A stretch of 64,000 bases of DNA, taken from NCBI RefSeq assembly GCF_035084215.1, contig NC_090325.1, positions 182,528,001-182,592,000 on the forward strand. The letters run 5' to 3'. This document shows positions 24,482 to 36,747 of the stretch, one piece after another; the first letter of the stretch is position 1; the number at the start of each line of letters is the position of its first letter. The notes below the pieces were generated by a model that saw only the letters and a program-made list of their open reading frames with translations, ran no database searches and was not told the DNA's origin. The position numbers and the translations under genes were made by a program. This DNA comes from Heptranchias perlo (taxonomy: Eukaryota).

Positions 24482-25387
24482 AAGATTTATTTTTTGAATC
24501 CTGCATGTCAATCTGAGCAGCAAAATGGACTGAATGTGCTGAATAGTCTTTCCGTCTTCTGTGAGGGTTCCCCTCTCTCAGCGTGTACTGCTTGAATTAC
24601 ACCTCCTGCCATTCAGTCAAAAAATTTTATTGAGGAGAAGTCTGAAATTCAGATTGACTCTCCCTCCAGTAAAAATAGATGTGTGGGGGAAAATGGTGTG
24701 AAGAAGGAAAAAGTAGGGAAAATAAGAAGAGATGATTAAGTAGGCATAGACGTTTACTGCTGATCATAGCCCAGGAATCGGTTGAGTAACACTACGGAGA
24801 TTGCCAAAATTCCTTTTTACTTACTAACAGTAATCAGGAACTCGACCTTCAGCTTTCCATTGAAAACATCCTAAAAGATAATTAGATCAGTATGATATTT
24901 CCATACAAAAGAACTACCTGTAGAAAAGTTTTAAAGATTGATAGGGTGCTGTGGAGCAGTTCGGGTTTGAGCTATTCAGCTCAACCTGCTCATCATTGTA
25001 ATCATTGACCGTTTCGGCATCTTCCTAATTGAAAATATTGAGAATAACCGAGACTATTTAAAAATTATTTGGCCCATTCTAGTCATCCCCATTCACATAT
25101 ATTCACCCACACTTTGGTGACCAAGCAATTCCTTTCAGCTCTCTACCCTCTTATCCTTTCATCTTCTCCAATCCATTGCAACATATCTTTTACAATTTCA
25201 GGACTTTCTTCCTCTTTGTTGGATATGTTGGACCGTTAAGGGTTAATAATCGAACTAACCTGTATAACTAAAAGTGGTCATGGAAGCAACAAACTTTCTA
25301 AGATAAACAGTAAACCAGAAGGGAACTGGGAGAAGTAAGGATGGATCATACGGCCTATTTCAAAGGTCTGATAACGATCTACAAGGG

Positions 25388-26068
25388 ATAAGAACATAAG
25401 AACATAAGAAATTGGAGCAGGAGTAGGCCAATCGGCCCCTCGAGCCTGCTCCGCCATTCAATAAGATCATGGCTGATCTGATCCCAACCACAAATCTAAA
25501 GAACACAAGAAGTAGGAGCAGGACCCGGCCACACAGCCCCTGGGCCCTCTGCGCCACCCACAGGGCATTGACCGATCCGAACTCAGCTTCATGTCCAATT
25601 TCCTGCCCGCTCCCCATAACCCCTAATTCCCTTTACTTCTAGAAAACTGTCCATTTCTGTTTCACACTGATTGCCTTGGCAACGGGCAGTTGAAAAAACT
25701 GTCTGTTATCACCAAGCATTGTTCTGTGAATTATAAATGCGACTTCATTTCGAGGACTTCATTTCCACATCGTTCACCTGAGGAAGGAGGTAGCCTCCGA
25801 AAGCTTGTGAATTTAAAATAAAATTGCTGGACTATAACTTGGTGTTGTAAAATTGTTTACAATTGTTTTAAATTTATCTAATGATGTAGCTTCCACAGCT
25901 TCCTGGGGCAGCAAATTCCACAGACCTACCACCCTCTGAGTGAAGAAGTTTCTCCTCATCTCAGTTTTGAAAGAGCAGCCCCTTATTCTAAGATTATGCC
26001 CCCAAGTTCTAGTTTCACCCATCTTTGGGAACATCCTTACTGCATCAAGCCCCTTCACAATCTTATAT
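25388..26068 (-). mobile_element. Young CR1 3' fragment, same subfamily as 22432-23149, inverted relative to it
   Basis: Reverse complement of 22665-23149 including the double 3'UTR; split by the PLE insert at 25663-25863. Confidence 0.92.
25663..25863 (+). mobile_element. 201-bp PLE family A 3' fragment containing a hammerhead ribozyme (25773-25811)
   Basis: ttcac CTGAGGA a ggagg tag cctcc GAAAGCTT gtgaa; 3' end matches 12140-12200; TGTTT duplication at 25658-25662 and 25864-25868. Confidence 0.88.
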
Positions 26069-26083
26069 GCGTGCAAAGAAATA

Positions 26084-27140
26084 GGCCATGATGTTAGACC
26101 CCAAGATCGGGTGGGTTGGGGGTGGGGAGTGGCAGAGAAAATCGATGTTTTTGGGAGCGGGCAGAAACCCTACCTCCAAGCCGCCCATTTTTGAATTCGA
26201 CCCAGGCAGATCTGTGTGCGTGTGCACAGCAGTCACCAGGAAGTCTTGCCCCCACTTAAATCTGGCGGGCCGATATTTAAAGGGGCAATGTATCTCAAAC
26301 TTAAGGTACTTTATATTTTGTGTATTGGACGCTTAAAATTATTTTAATTTTATCTGTTCACGCCAGGTGAAAGCAGGTGGGAAGGGCCGGATCCATGGTC
26401 AGTGCCTTTATTGCACTGCTTGTGGGCCGGAGGAGCAGGCCCAACAAGTATACCTGGTGTGATCGGCACCCTACAATCGGCCAGCCCCCTCCCCATTTCC
26501 AACGCCTCAACACCCAATGTCTGACCCCCTGACCCCCGATGTCCGACCCCCAATCCCCAATGTCCGACCCCCTGACCCTCGATGTCCGACCGCCCGACCC
26601 CCTATGTCTGACCCCTCCACCCCCATGTCTGACCCCCCAACCCCCAATGTCCGACCCCCCAACCCCCAATGTCCGACCCCCGATGTCCGACCCCCGACCC
26701 CGACCTCCGACCCTCGATGTCCGACCCCCGATGTCCAACTCACGATGTGATCTCCAACTCTCGTTGTCCAATTCCCCGATCTCCAACTCCCCATGCCTGA
26801 GCCCCTGATGATCCCCCCAATGACCACTGACCCCCCCCCCCGATATCGTCCATATCCCCCCTCCTCAGCCCCCTCTGATTTTTCCCAAGCCCCATGAGCT
26901 CTTTCTCTCTTTCTCCCGACCCCCTCTCTGATTTGCAATTCTTTTCACTGTGGACAGATAGCCAGCCTGTGAACCTGGCTACCTGTCGCGAGGAAAGCCC
27001 GGAAGCCACATTAAAGGCCTCCAATTAAGTCGTGCTCGTGTAGAGAGAGGTAAGAATTTTATCCCCGGGTTTCCCACCCGCCCATTGACCCCCCCCCCCC
27101 ACCCCCTCCTCGCCGCCATGATGTTTGGGATGACATTGAC
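26084..27140. mobile_element. Non-autonomous Harbinger-related element containing a minisatellite
   Basis: Subterminal blocks resemble those of 30974-36603 (GAAAATCG..TTTTT.GAGC.GGCAGAAA.CCT..CTCCAA; GGTAAG; CGCCCATTGACC). Confidence 0.6.
26512..26790. repeat. C-rich minisatellite, core ATGTCCGACCCC in ~14-21 bp units
   Basis: More than ten visible copies of (A/G)ATGTC(C/T)GACCCC. Confidence 0.9.
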
Positions 27141-30100
27141 CATGAGTAATTAAGGTATAACTTTAGGGATTAGTGTAATAAACATAGGTAGAGGGGCCAA
27201 TTAGCCATGGTATAGAGTGGATGTTAAGTAGATGAGCTGTAAATAAACTGTTCTTGAGAGATTCCGAGAACAGTTTGTCAGGAAGTCTTGTTCATGAAGT
27301 ATACCTGTGAAGTAATCAACTAAGACTGTTTATGTAAATAAGTTGTTCTTGAAAGAATCCAAGAACAGATAAATCATGAAGTCTTATCGGTGAAGTATAC
27401 CTTTGAAGTCGGCAAACTGAGGTGTATGAGAAGAGTGGGTTTTCCAGAGTTAGTTGGGGGAGCTCAAAAGAGAGAGGGACCCGATGCTACTCCTGTAAAT
27501 GGTATAGATTGATTGATCACATAAATCCTATCAACACATCGTTGTCCATTTGCCATTGTGATGAAAATGATGCACTGCTTCCCCCCTCTTCGCTTGCCCC
27601 CAACTAAATAAAGGTTTGTTAAGCATCTTCATGAAGATATGTAGGTTTAATATTCATTTTCACAGCTCTAGCAGAATCTTCTCAGCGAAACACCATCTGC
27701 TTAACTGTGATTTGTAGCAGTAGAAGTGACAGCAGTTAACACAATATGTGAGTGATTTTTTTTTGGTCAGCTGGGTGTGTGACATGTGCAGAAACACGTC
27801 ACCAGCTTTAAGAGCCTCCAAAACAAGCTACTGAGGAATCTGCACAGGTCGAGTTTCTGTTTGCCCGATATGGTATGCACATTATCTCCCATAGGAACAG
27901 ACCGCACTTATTCAAGCCCAGAGAGCTTAGGCTCAGGTTGGCAGGGCCAATGTTTACTGAGCATTCAGTTCAATCTGCACATATTCTAATTACTGGCTGT
28001 TTCAGCATCTTCCTAATTGAAAGTGTTGAGATAAACTGAGAATATTTAAATATTCTTTGGCCAATTCTTATGCTCTGTCATCCCCATTCACTTCCAAATG
28101 TACACCTGAGGGGTAATTTTGTGAGTCCATCTGGAGTATTGCCTACCCGCACTGCATATTCGGGTGCATGTTTTCCTCAAATTTTTGAACTATTAAAATT
28201 ACTGAGACTCTCCATCCAATTCCTTAGCATGTTGAAGAGGCAAGAGAAGCTGTTGTAGATCGCTGCAAGACAGCTGTTTTAGTATTCACAAGACATGCTC
28301 CAACTAGTCTTCGGATCTCTGCTGCAGATGCCCCTGGAGTTGCCAAGAGCTCCATGGTGAAGCGGTCATGCACCACTACATGCAGGTATGGGCTCCTCCA
28401 TCTTCACCTCCGAACCTTACACTGAAGTGCCATACAGGTGAACCCTCTAGTGCCCCACTCCTTCCAGCAGCAACTCCGCTATTGAATCAGGAAACTGCTG
28501 TTGTGATACACCACTGCTCCATTCTCAGACTTGCAGCTCTGAGCAAGTGTGGCAAAAACTTTTTTTACATCAAACATGCATTATGTTTTAAATGGCTCCT
28601 GGAGCAGTGGGAGATGCCTCACTCCCAAAGCAACAAGCTGTGAAGCGTTGATGAACTGTGGTGTAAAAGCTGCACTCTCATGCAAGGGAGTGGCAAATTG
28701 GAGCCCAGGCCTTGTGCTGGATAAGTATTGCGGACGTACTGCCCAGGGTTTACCCACTGAGCAGGGCATGAGCTGCATTAAACCATTGAAAACTACTTAA
28801 ATTATAAGATGGGGCTCCCTGCCTGGCATTTTCCAGTTGTTTGCTCTATCAGTGCTAAGTCATCACTGGAAATGACTTCCTGCTCCTCTGGAAGTTCTGT
28901 GTTCCCCAGGTTTGGTGCATTTTCTTTGGTTGCATCTATTTTTTTTGCATTTAAATGTAATTTAGTATTTTTTTACTTTTTCTGCTTTTACCACCTACCA
29001 GTCAGGAAAGTTTCACTGTGATTCGCGACAGCTCTGACTGGTAGGATAGACATTTCTTTTGGTGCTCCTTTTTGCACAAGACAAGGATTTCCGCAAGATT
29101 CATCAGAGGGTGGTCTGCATGTTCCTGTAGCAGGTGTTACAGAACCACAAATCCCCAAGCGGGCCGGTCCACAGACCTCACCAGAGCTCCCTGAGTAAAT
29201 CGGAGCAAATTTGGTGAGGGTGATCTTTCCCCAGGTTGGAATTATGCCCTCGAGATGCCATCTTGTTGCACCAGCAGAATAATTGTCATGAGAGGTTGGA
29301 TGTCGAAGGAGCACGTGCACATTGACAGACATTTGGACAGCTTGAACACCAGTAAATGACTATGCATCCTGCAGCTAGGTTGTTTCACAATGTACATTCC
29401 TGAAGCATGGCTTGTGAATGAGATACAAAGAACAAGAAGTAGGGTTTTGTGGGGATTTGATATGGATGAGGAGTACATGTAGAACAGGCAACACTTTATG
29501 GTAGGCCACCTTTGGGTTGTCCACAAGATACTGTTAGGTACCATTTCTTTGCCAGATTCCTCTACGTTTGTCATCTTCTTCTGCATCTGTTCCCAGCTTC
29601 TTCACAGAATTACATAGAATTTTACAGCAGAGAAACATTTGGCCATTTGGCCCAACAGGTCTATGCTGGTGTTTATGCACCACATGAGCCTCCTCCCACC
29701 TTACTTAATCTCACCCTATCAATATATCGTTCTATTCTTTTCTCCTCATGTACTTATCTAGTGTCCCCTTCAATGCATCCTTCAGATAGTGTACACAGCA
29801 GTGAGCCTGCTTACCACTTGCTGCCATGAATGGTGCACTTCTGCCCTCTGGGGAGGGTGCCCTTAAGTGCCAGATTGGGCAACCCAACTTGCAGCTGCAT
29901 GTCCATTCAGCCATCCATCAATCAGGGGATTGAGTACTGTACCACTCCATCACTTGCCCATAGAATCTGTTTTGTGCCTCCACAATGGGTTTCCTTTCAT
30001 TTCATTATGTTTGCCCCTCCTCCTGCCTCAGCCAAGGTCGACAAATATCTGAAATTGATTTTGAAGCTTGATAAGGGCTGAAACAGATATTTGTCCCCAC

Positions 30101-31323
30101 TTGCCAACACTTAACCTTAATTGCACACATCCCTATAATTTGGACATGTTGACTAGATTTTCCACTTCCTTCATTAAGCTACGCAAGAAAAAAGCTGCAC
30201 TGGCAGAAATGAGTGATTATTCAATGAGCTGAAGCAGAAAATTCAAGCCCGTCAATTTTCCAGCGATGGCACAAAAGCCTCAATTGCACTATTAGTGGAA
30301 TTTTGGCCCTTGCACACCAAGGGCTTGCTCTGAATGTGTAGCCTGACCCTGAAAGGTTGGTGGAGATTAGCCTTGCATGACTCAGGCAGGCACAATATCT
30401 GCACTGCAACATTCCCACTGCCTTCACATTCAGATTGAAAAATTGACGCTGCTGTCTCCAAATAACTTTCTAATTGCAGACACAGAAAGCTGCTGTGGAA
30501 AAAAATTAGGACATTCATTGAATTTTTAATTCTGCAGCGCCCCATATAACCTCATGTGCTTTTAAAATACAGAATTGAAATAATAAATTGACAAGCAAAA
30601 GTCACATTTGTAACACAATTCATTCTTGACGTCATTTCATTTTTGAAGACAAGATAAAGAATAATAATGTCAATGTTTACAATTACACATTCTGATTTAT
30701 CCCCTGTAGTGATATTTCATTCTGTGAGCTGGGCTGTCAGTTGATTACAGACTCTCCTCACCACTGCTAACAGTACTGATCGCAGTACAACTGATAAGAG
30801 AAACATTTGCTATTTGCAATAAGGAAAAGCAGCTTTATGTTCCTTAAGGATCAGCCAAGATCTATTAATACTCATCGTACCGCATGTGACTGGAAGATTG
30901 GAGTGTCAAACAATGTTGCATTTCAAAGCCAAAATCACAGCAGTGAGAAGCAAGCATCTTGAATTGACATGTTGGGCTCAATTTTAAAACGAGAGTCCGG
31001 GTACATTGTGGGTGGGGGGTCAAAGAAAATCGTGGTTTTTTTGAGCTGGCAGAAATCCTGGCTCCAACACGCTGAAGAACGCGCACAACCCAGAGTCATT
31101 TGGGTGCGCGGGCCGTTCCCGAACACGGAAATCCTGCCAGCAGTTAAAGCCAGTGAAGGAATCGTGTTTCAGCCGGCAGCCATTTGGACATTTAAATCCC
31201 TGTTTGACAGGTGGGGATAAAAGGTGAGCTATTGGATAAAATATGAGTTATTGCAGCAGGGCACTCAGTTCTCTCAGACAAACTTTTGGCTGGGAGATCT
31301 TTGTGTTTAGACTGAAAATTCTT

Positions 31324-33502
31324 GGGGCGCTAAATTGGGCCATGTAGCGCCTGTTGTTTCAAACATAACAGAAATATTCACCCTTGTGCGTTCCCTTAGT
31401 GCCTTTTGTTCGTGTGCCTTTACCTGTCCTAGTGCTCCTACGAGGTGCTTCCCCAGTGGCTGGATTTGCAGATGGCCTTGGAGGACGACCTCGAGCAACT
31501 CTGGGCCAGGAGAGCCCGGCTTCAGATTGCACCATCTCAGCATGGGCTGCAGCAGTCTGACCTGGCTGGCCGATAGGCAACAACAGGGGCACTGGCGGAG
31601 TGGCAGAGGTGGGAGCAGGAAAGCTGTCATTATGAGAGAGGACAGCAGATCTGACGGCCAATGCCATTCTCCCAGGGCGGCGCCTCAGCAATCCTGGTGA
31701 TCAGCTGTAGAACGGATTGCTGAAGTGCTGTGATGCCCTGAAAGCCCCGTTCCACTGTGGTCCCCAGACTCATGATAGCAGCAGTCTGAGCTTCCAAGGC
31801 AGCAGTCTGAGCTCCAAATGCCTTGGATGGCAGATGTTTGTGCTGCAATGGAAGTTGTGACATCAGTCATCAGGCGATACATCATGGTGGGTTCCACAGG
31901 TGTACTGATGGAGGTGACCACCAGTTCCATGTTGGAAAGGATGGGCTCCAAGCTCTGCGCAAAGCTCTGTGCCAAGTTGGAGCTGGACTCCTCCATGCCC
32001 CTTCTCATTGTGCGCAGGCTTTCTGGCAGGCTTTCCAGTGCCCCAAGCATTTGTTTGTGTACACCCATCGGCCGTCTTCTGTAACCTGGCCCATCGAAGT
32101 CCTCATCTAACTCCTCTGCAGCAGGATTAGTGAGCGACTTCACCCTCCAGCGAGCTGGCACTTGTGGTATCCGTTTCCCCCGCCCCGGCTTCTGTGCACT
32201 TGTGTCGGTGTCTCACCACATGCAGATCCCTCCTCTAACCTAATCTCTAAAGGACGCACAGTGTCAGTCTCTGAGCTGGTGGAAGCAAGTGTCAGATCGA
32301 GTGACGGTGTGGCTTCAGTGTCCTCCTCGTCCTCCTCCTCCTCCTCCTTGGACGGTGCCACCACGTTTTCTTGGGTATCTGCAATAACAAAGGGAAACAG
32401 GTTGAGTTGTGGAATGGGGAGAGGAGCAAGTAAGGCGTGCGTGTTGACAGCATCTGCAGCACATGAGTCAGAAAAGATTATGGCAGGAGGGAGATGTGGA
32501 AAAGGAGAAGGAGCATTAGATATGCAGAGACCCCCTTCATCAGGACCTCCAGCGCGGCATGTTGTTATGGCTGCAGCGACGGCCCCCCCAATGATCCAAA
32601 GCACTGTCTCCTCTAGGGGGGGGTGAGTTCGTGTAAGTGTGCCCGTCCAACCTCAGGTCCTCTTGCTGCTGGCTGTTATGCGCCACCTTTTCCTGCAAGA
32701 CAGAGGACAGTGTGTCAGTCAGTGTCCTGCACGGTGTGTGGTGATATGCCTGTCATGGTCGAATAGCTGCCAGTTTGTGTGACTTGTGATTGGTGGTTGT
32801 GTGGCCTGCAAGTGTGGTATTATGCACGGGTAAGATGCAGCATGCCGAGTCCAGCATTGCGTTTGAATAGGCAGTGTTTGTTGGTGGGTGGGTGATGGGG
32901 AGTGTGATGCATGGAGCAGTGGTGCAGTTGGTAGGATGTATCACTTGACACTTGCATTCACTCACCTTGATGACTCGTGTCAAATCATTGAACTTCTTTC
33001 GGCACTGCACCCACATGCGTGGTGAATGCTCCTGGCATTGACTTCCTGTGCCACAGCCTGCCAATGTCTGCGGAGCTGCAGTCTGGAGGGTCTCCTGCCA
33101 CCCTGCGGGTACATGTTGGCCCTCCTTTCATTCACCCCTTCCACCAGGGCCTCCGGTTCATCATCGGAGAAACGTGGAGCCCTATCTCGTGCCGGTCCTG
33201 CTATCCTCGTGGCCATTTTTCCCTTCTCCTAGTAAGCTGTTTACCTGCCATTTGAAATGTGCACCTGCACCTTTAAGAGATGCAGGCTGCTGATGACATG
33301 CGCTGTGCACGCCCCATTTCCAACTTCCTCATTCTCCGTGCAACCTCTCAACAGCGCAGGTAGCGCTGGCTGCACGGCGATATCATGGTAAGTAGCAGGC
33401 AGCACGAAGTTCACGTGCTGCCTGCGTAGGGGACATCGGGCGCGAGTTATTAGCGCATCATGCTACCCCCACCCAAAAACGGCCCTTATCAAACTTTTCC
33501 CC
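31324..33502 (-). mobile_element. Nested Myb-only Harbinger-related element with dissimilar ends
   Basis: TSD CTT at 31321-31323 and 33503-33505. Left end GGGGCGCTAAATTGGGCC; right end (reverse complement) GGGGAAAAGTTTGATAAGGGCC. Both ends recur at 41317-42957. Confidence 0.8.
31360..33216 (-). pseudogene. Three-exon Myb/SANT-like (NAIF1-type) Harbinger DNA-binding protein gene with frameshifts
   Basis: Exon 1 33216-32966 (RAPRFSDDE.EALVEGV..R...W..VA..VN...W.QCRKKFNDL, donor GTGAGT); exon 2 32692-~32532 (EKVAHN); exon 3 from 32378 (acidic tract, coiled-coil-like segment, basic end). Confidence 0.8.
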
Positions 33503-33579
33503 CTTGGTTTCCACTCAGAATTGTTCTGTTTACACATATTTACCAACTTTTCGGACCCCCTCAAACTGACACCATCAGG

Positions 33580-34772
33580 ATGGGGGGGAGGGCGCCTTGG
33601 TTGCTTTCATCAGTACATCTGAGGACGAGCAACATCTGAGGACGAGCCAAGCACGGTGTGCACTTCCACCCCTTGAAGCTCCACAACACGCTGCTGCGCC
33701 ACAGGCACCTGCACAAGAGCACAGAGGGCATCAACAGAGGGTCTACAGACCGAGGCTCAGCTTCCTGGACCTCTCTGAGGAGCAGTGCATACGGAGGCTC
33801 AGAGTCAGTCGCCAGGTGGTCGCAGACATCCGCAGCCTCCTTCCCTGCCAAGCTGCTGCCGGATGGGCCAGGCGGCATCTCATTACCCGTCGCAGTTAAA
33901 GTCACTACTGCCCTCAACTTCTTCGCCTCTGGATCATTCCAGGTTGCCACCTGTGACATCGCCGTGGTCTCTCAGTCATCTACACACAAGTGCATAAGGC
34001 AGGTCACCGACAGCTTGTTTCGCGGGGCCTCGTAATACGTCAACTTCCCCATGTTCGACCTCAGCCAGAAGGAGAGGTCAGTGGGATTCCACTCTGTGGC
34101 TGGCTTCCCACAGGTACAGGGTGCAATCGATTGCACCCATATAGCAATACGAGCACCTCCACACAAGCCAGAACTGTTCATCAATAGAAAGGGCTATCAC
34201 TCCATCAACACTCAGCTCGTTTGTGACCACCGCAAAAGATTTCTTCATGTGTGCGCCAGATTCCCTGGCAGCTGCCACGATTCGTTCATTCTGAGGGAAT
34301 TCAACATCCCAGGCCTCTTCCATGCACCGAACACCCTTAAGGGCTGGCTCTTCGGGGACAAGGGATACCCTCTGGCTCGTGACACCTCTGAGGAACCCCA
34401 TCAGCGAGCAACAGCGTCGATACAATGACAGCCACATTGCCACCAGGTCTATAATTGAACATACAATAAGGTTGCTGAAGATGCGATTTCGGTGCCTCAA
34501 TCGTTCTGGGGGAGCGCTTCAATACGCACCAGCAAGAGTGGGTCGCATTATAGTAGCGTGTTGTGTCCTGCACAACATGGCGCAACAGAGAGGGATACCG
34601 GTTGAGGAGGCCCCATCCCCCACATCCACCATCCAGTTCTGCCGTCCACATTGAGTAGGAGGCGGAGGAGGAAGAGGAGGAGGAGGTGGAGGACGAACTC
34701 ATGGGCAGAGTAACGGCTCACCTGGCTGCTCACTAGGCCAGGCAGTCACTCATATGTGAACATATCTCGTAA
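33580..34772 (+). pseudogene. Harbinger (HARBI1-type, DDE_Tnp_4) transposase, disrupted
   Basis: LPVAVKVTTALNFFASGSFQ, GFPQVQGAIDCTH, NRKGYHSIN.QLVCD, FPGSCHDS, GDKGYP, YN.SH..TR..IE.TI..LK.RFRCL; stop at 34033-34035 and at least two frameshifts. Confidence 0.93.
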
Positions 34773-35079
34773 GTGAGAAGAGTCCAGTCCTCACCCCACC
34801 TGGAAAGATCAGCGCCAAACAGCACCCCCCCCACCCCCTACACAAAACAGTCCTGCAACTACACATACACCCACTGTAAAGTGACCCACTGGGTGGCATC
34901 AAGTGTCACCGTTCGTGGTGACGCACATGAAAGGGTGCTATCACAGAAGCCAGTCAAGAATGGGCAAGACGTGGCAGTAGTGGTGAGAATGATAACATTT
35001 AATGTGACTTTAACATAAGCCAAATATAAATGAAAAACGTGACAGTCTGTCAGACACCCTTGTGCATACCTCTCGTGAT

Positions 35080-36420
35080 CTCAAAACCTTCGCCTTTCTC
35101 TTACGACTACATCTATGTGGTGCATCCCCTGTGGCTGCAGCAGAGGAAGTGGCAGGTTGCTCATGTCCATGGCCGGACTGCTTAGATATTTTCGGCCTAC
35201 GCCGTCTGGGTTTTGGAGACATGAGGGCACGTCCAAAGACTGCTCCACCTGCATCTGTGCAGGGGCAGACTCGGCCACCTGGAGAGGAGGCAGCATTGCG
35301 GGTACTGGTTGAGAGGGGGGCAACGGGTGAGATGTGGGAGCGCTTTTAGTGGTGTCCCCACTTATATGTCCCTTTTTGCCATCATCCCTCTCCTGGACCA
35401 GGCCCACATCATTCCTACCACCCTGCTGGACAACAGCGTGGAGGACATGTGTGATGCCTTGTAAGGCCCCTTCTTAAGTATCTGTCAGCCTGTTTAAGGC
35501 TGCAGAATGTTGTTCACCCTGAGTCTGTATGGCCTTTGTCAGGGCCTGAATGGACTCATTTGTGAGCTGTGCTTGAAGCTCAATGGACGCTAGCCTTCTC
35601 TCCATCGTAGACATTCCCGCACTTACCGACAACACTATCTCAGACATTTCCGCAGTTACGTGCGACACTATCTCAGACAGTTGCTCACGTTCCTGCAACA
35701 CTGCCTCAGAGATTCCCTCCTGGACCTGTGCCACCATTCCACTAATGCAGGAGTTGGACTCCTCCATCCTCTAAGCTATTGTGGAGAGTATGTGTGGCAC
35801 CTGTTCCACTACCTCGCAAATGTGCCGCTGTACCTCGATCATTCCCCTTTTGAAGGATGGCCCCCATCTGCATCCAGCTGAGCAGATCCTGGAGAAGAGT
35901 GCACCCACCGACGCGGACTCTCCACAGCTGCCCCTGCCACCAGTGTCTGCTCATGCTCACTTGTGTGTGGTGCCAACCCACCAACTGACTACTAGGACCC
36001 ACCGAGGTGTGAGTATCTGCGCTGGTGGATGGCTCGCTAAGATGTGATGTTGCGCCCTCAGAGGCCGGCAGGTTCTCTGAGGAATCGCCCTCTGCCATCA
36101 CTGCAGTCGTTGAAGGACCAGTAAGAGAACAGAAGGCAATGTTAAGCATCATCACAGATGTGTCATGTTGTGATGAGCATACTAAGGTGTGCAACATGCC
36201 AAGCATTGTTAACATCAATTCACGTTGTGTGTGATGAATGTTAAAATTGTGTCACCAGACGTTTGTGGGGTGCCAGTCTCGGGGTCCCTGACGGACAGGC
36301 ACTCGAGGGTGCGGCCGATCTGCAGGGCCTCCTCCTCTGTGTCTGTGAGGACCACTATTTGTGGAGGCCCCCCTCCAGTCCTCGCCCTCTCGCGTGCATT
36401 TTGCGCTCTCTTCTCCGGGT
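35080..36420 (-). pseudogene. Myb-partner gene of the outer Harbinger, with the Myb-domain exon missing
   Basis: EKRAQNARERARTGGGPP..LTDTEEEAL exon (36420-36255), then a Ser/acidic and coiled-coil exon ending RKRKAK; the exon joins subterminal sequence directly. Confidence 0.72.
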
Positions 36421-36747
36421 TTGCCGTCCGCCCACTACGCAGCTTTCGGACAGCAAACCCGGAAACAAGATTAATGGCCACTAATTCGGTCGCGATTGCA
36501 AGGAGAAAGGTAAGCTTTTATTATTTGCATTTGCCACACGCCCATTGACCACCCACCCCCCACACCACAGCTGCCATCCCAACGCCCTTTTAAAATTGAG
36601 CCCATTATCTTGGCCATTAATGCTGTGTAATTTTCCTACACGTGGGCCCTGAAATTCCATGCCATTTTTGATATTTCTGGGGCTTGGAATCAGGGCTACT
36701 CAATGCACTGGCCTAAGTTTTCCTTTAGTTTTCAGCCCTAAATTATT

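Larger units (their letters stand above)
25217..27664 (+). mobile_element. Possible solo LTR interrupted by CR1, PLE and Harbinger insertions
   Basis: TG...CA ends; tandem ~95-bp enhancer-like repeats at 27235-27420; AATAAA at ~27607. No convincing TSD. Confidence 0.4.
30974..36603. mobile_element. PIF/Harbinger DNA transposon (outer element), decayed autonomous type
   Basis: Perfect 16-bp TIRs GGGCTCAATTTTAAAA at 30974-30989 and 36588-36603; 3-bp flanks GTT/ATT; convergent transposase and Myb-type partner gene. Confidence 0.9.

Noticed and set aside
26358-26938. Gly- or Pro-rich ORFs, or a CRISPR-like array
   Set aside because: The ORFs are by-products of a stop-free minisatellite; there are no unique spacers and the context is eukaryotic. 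The same applies to 53898-54425.
33580-34772. Domesticated HARBI1 or NAIF1 host genes
   Set aside because: Stops and frameshifts, and the ORFs are enclosed by TIRs and TSDs; these are transposon copies.
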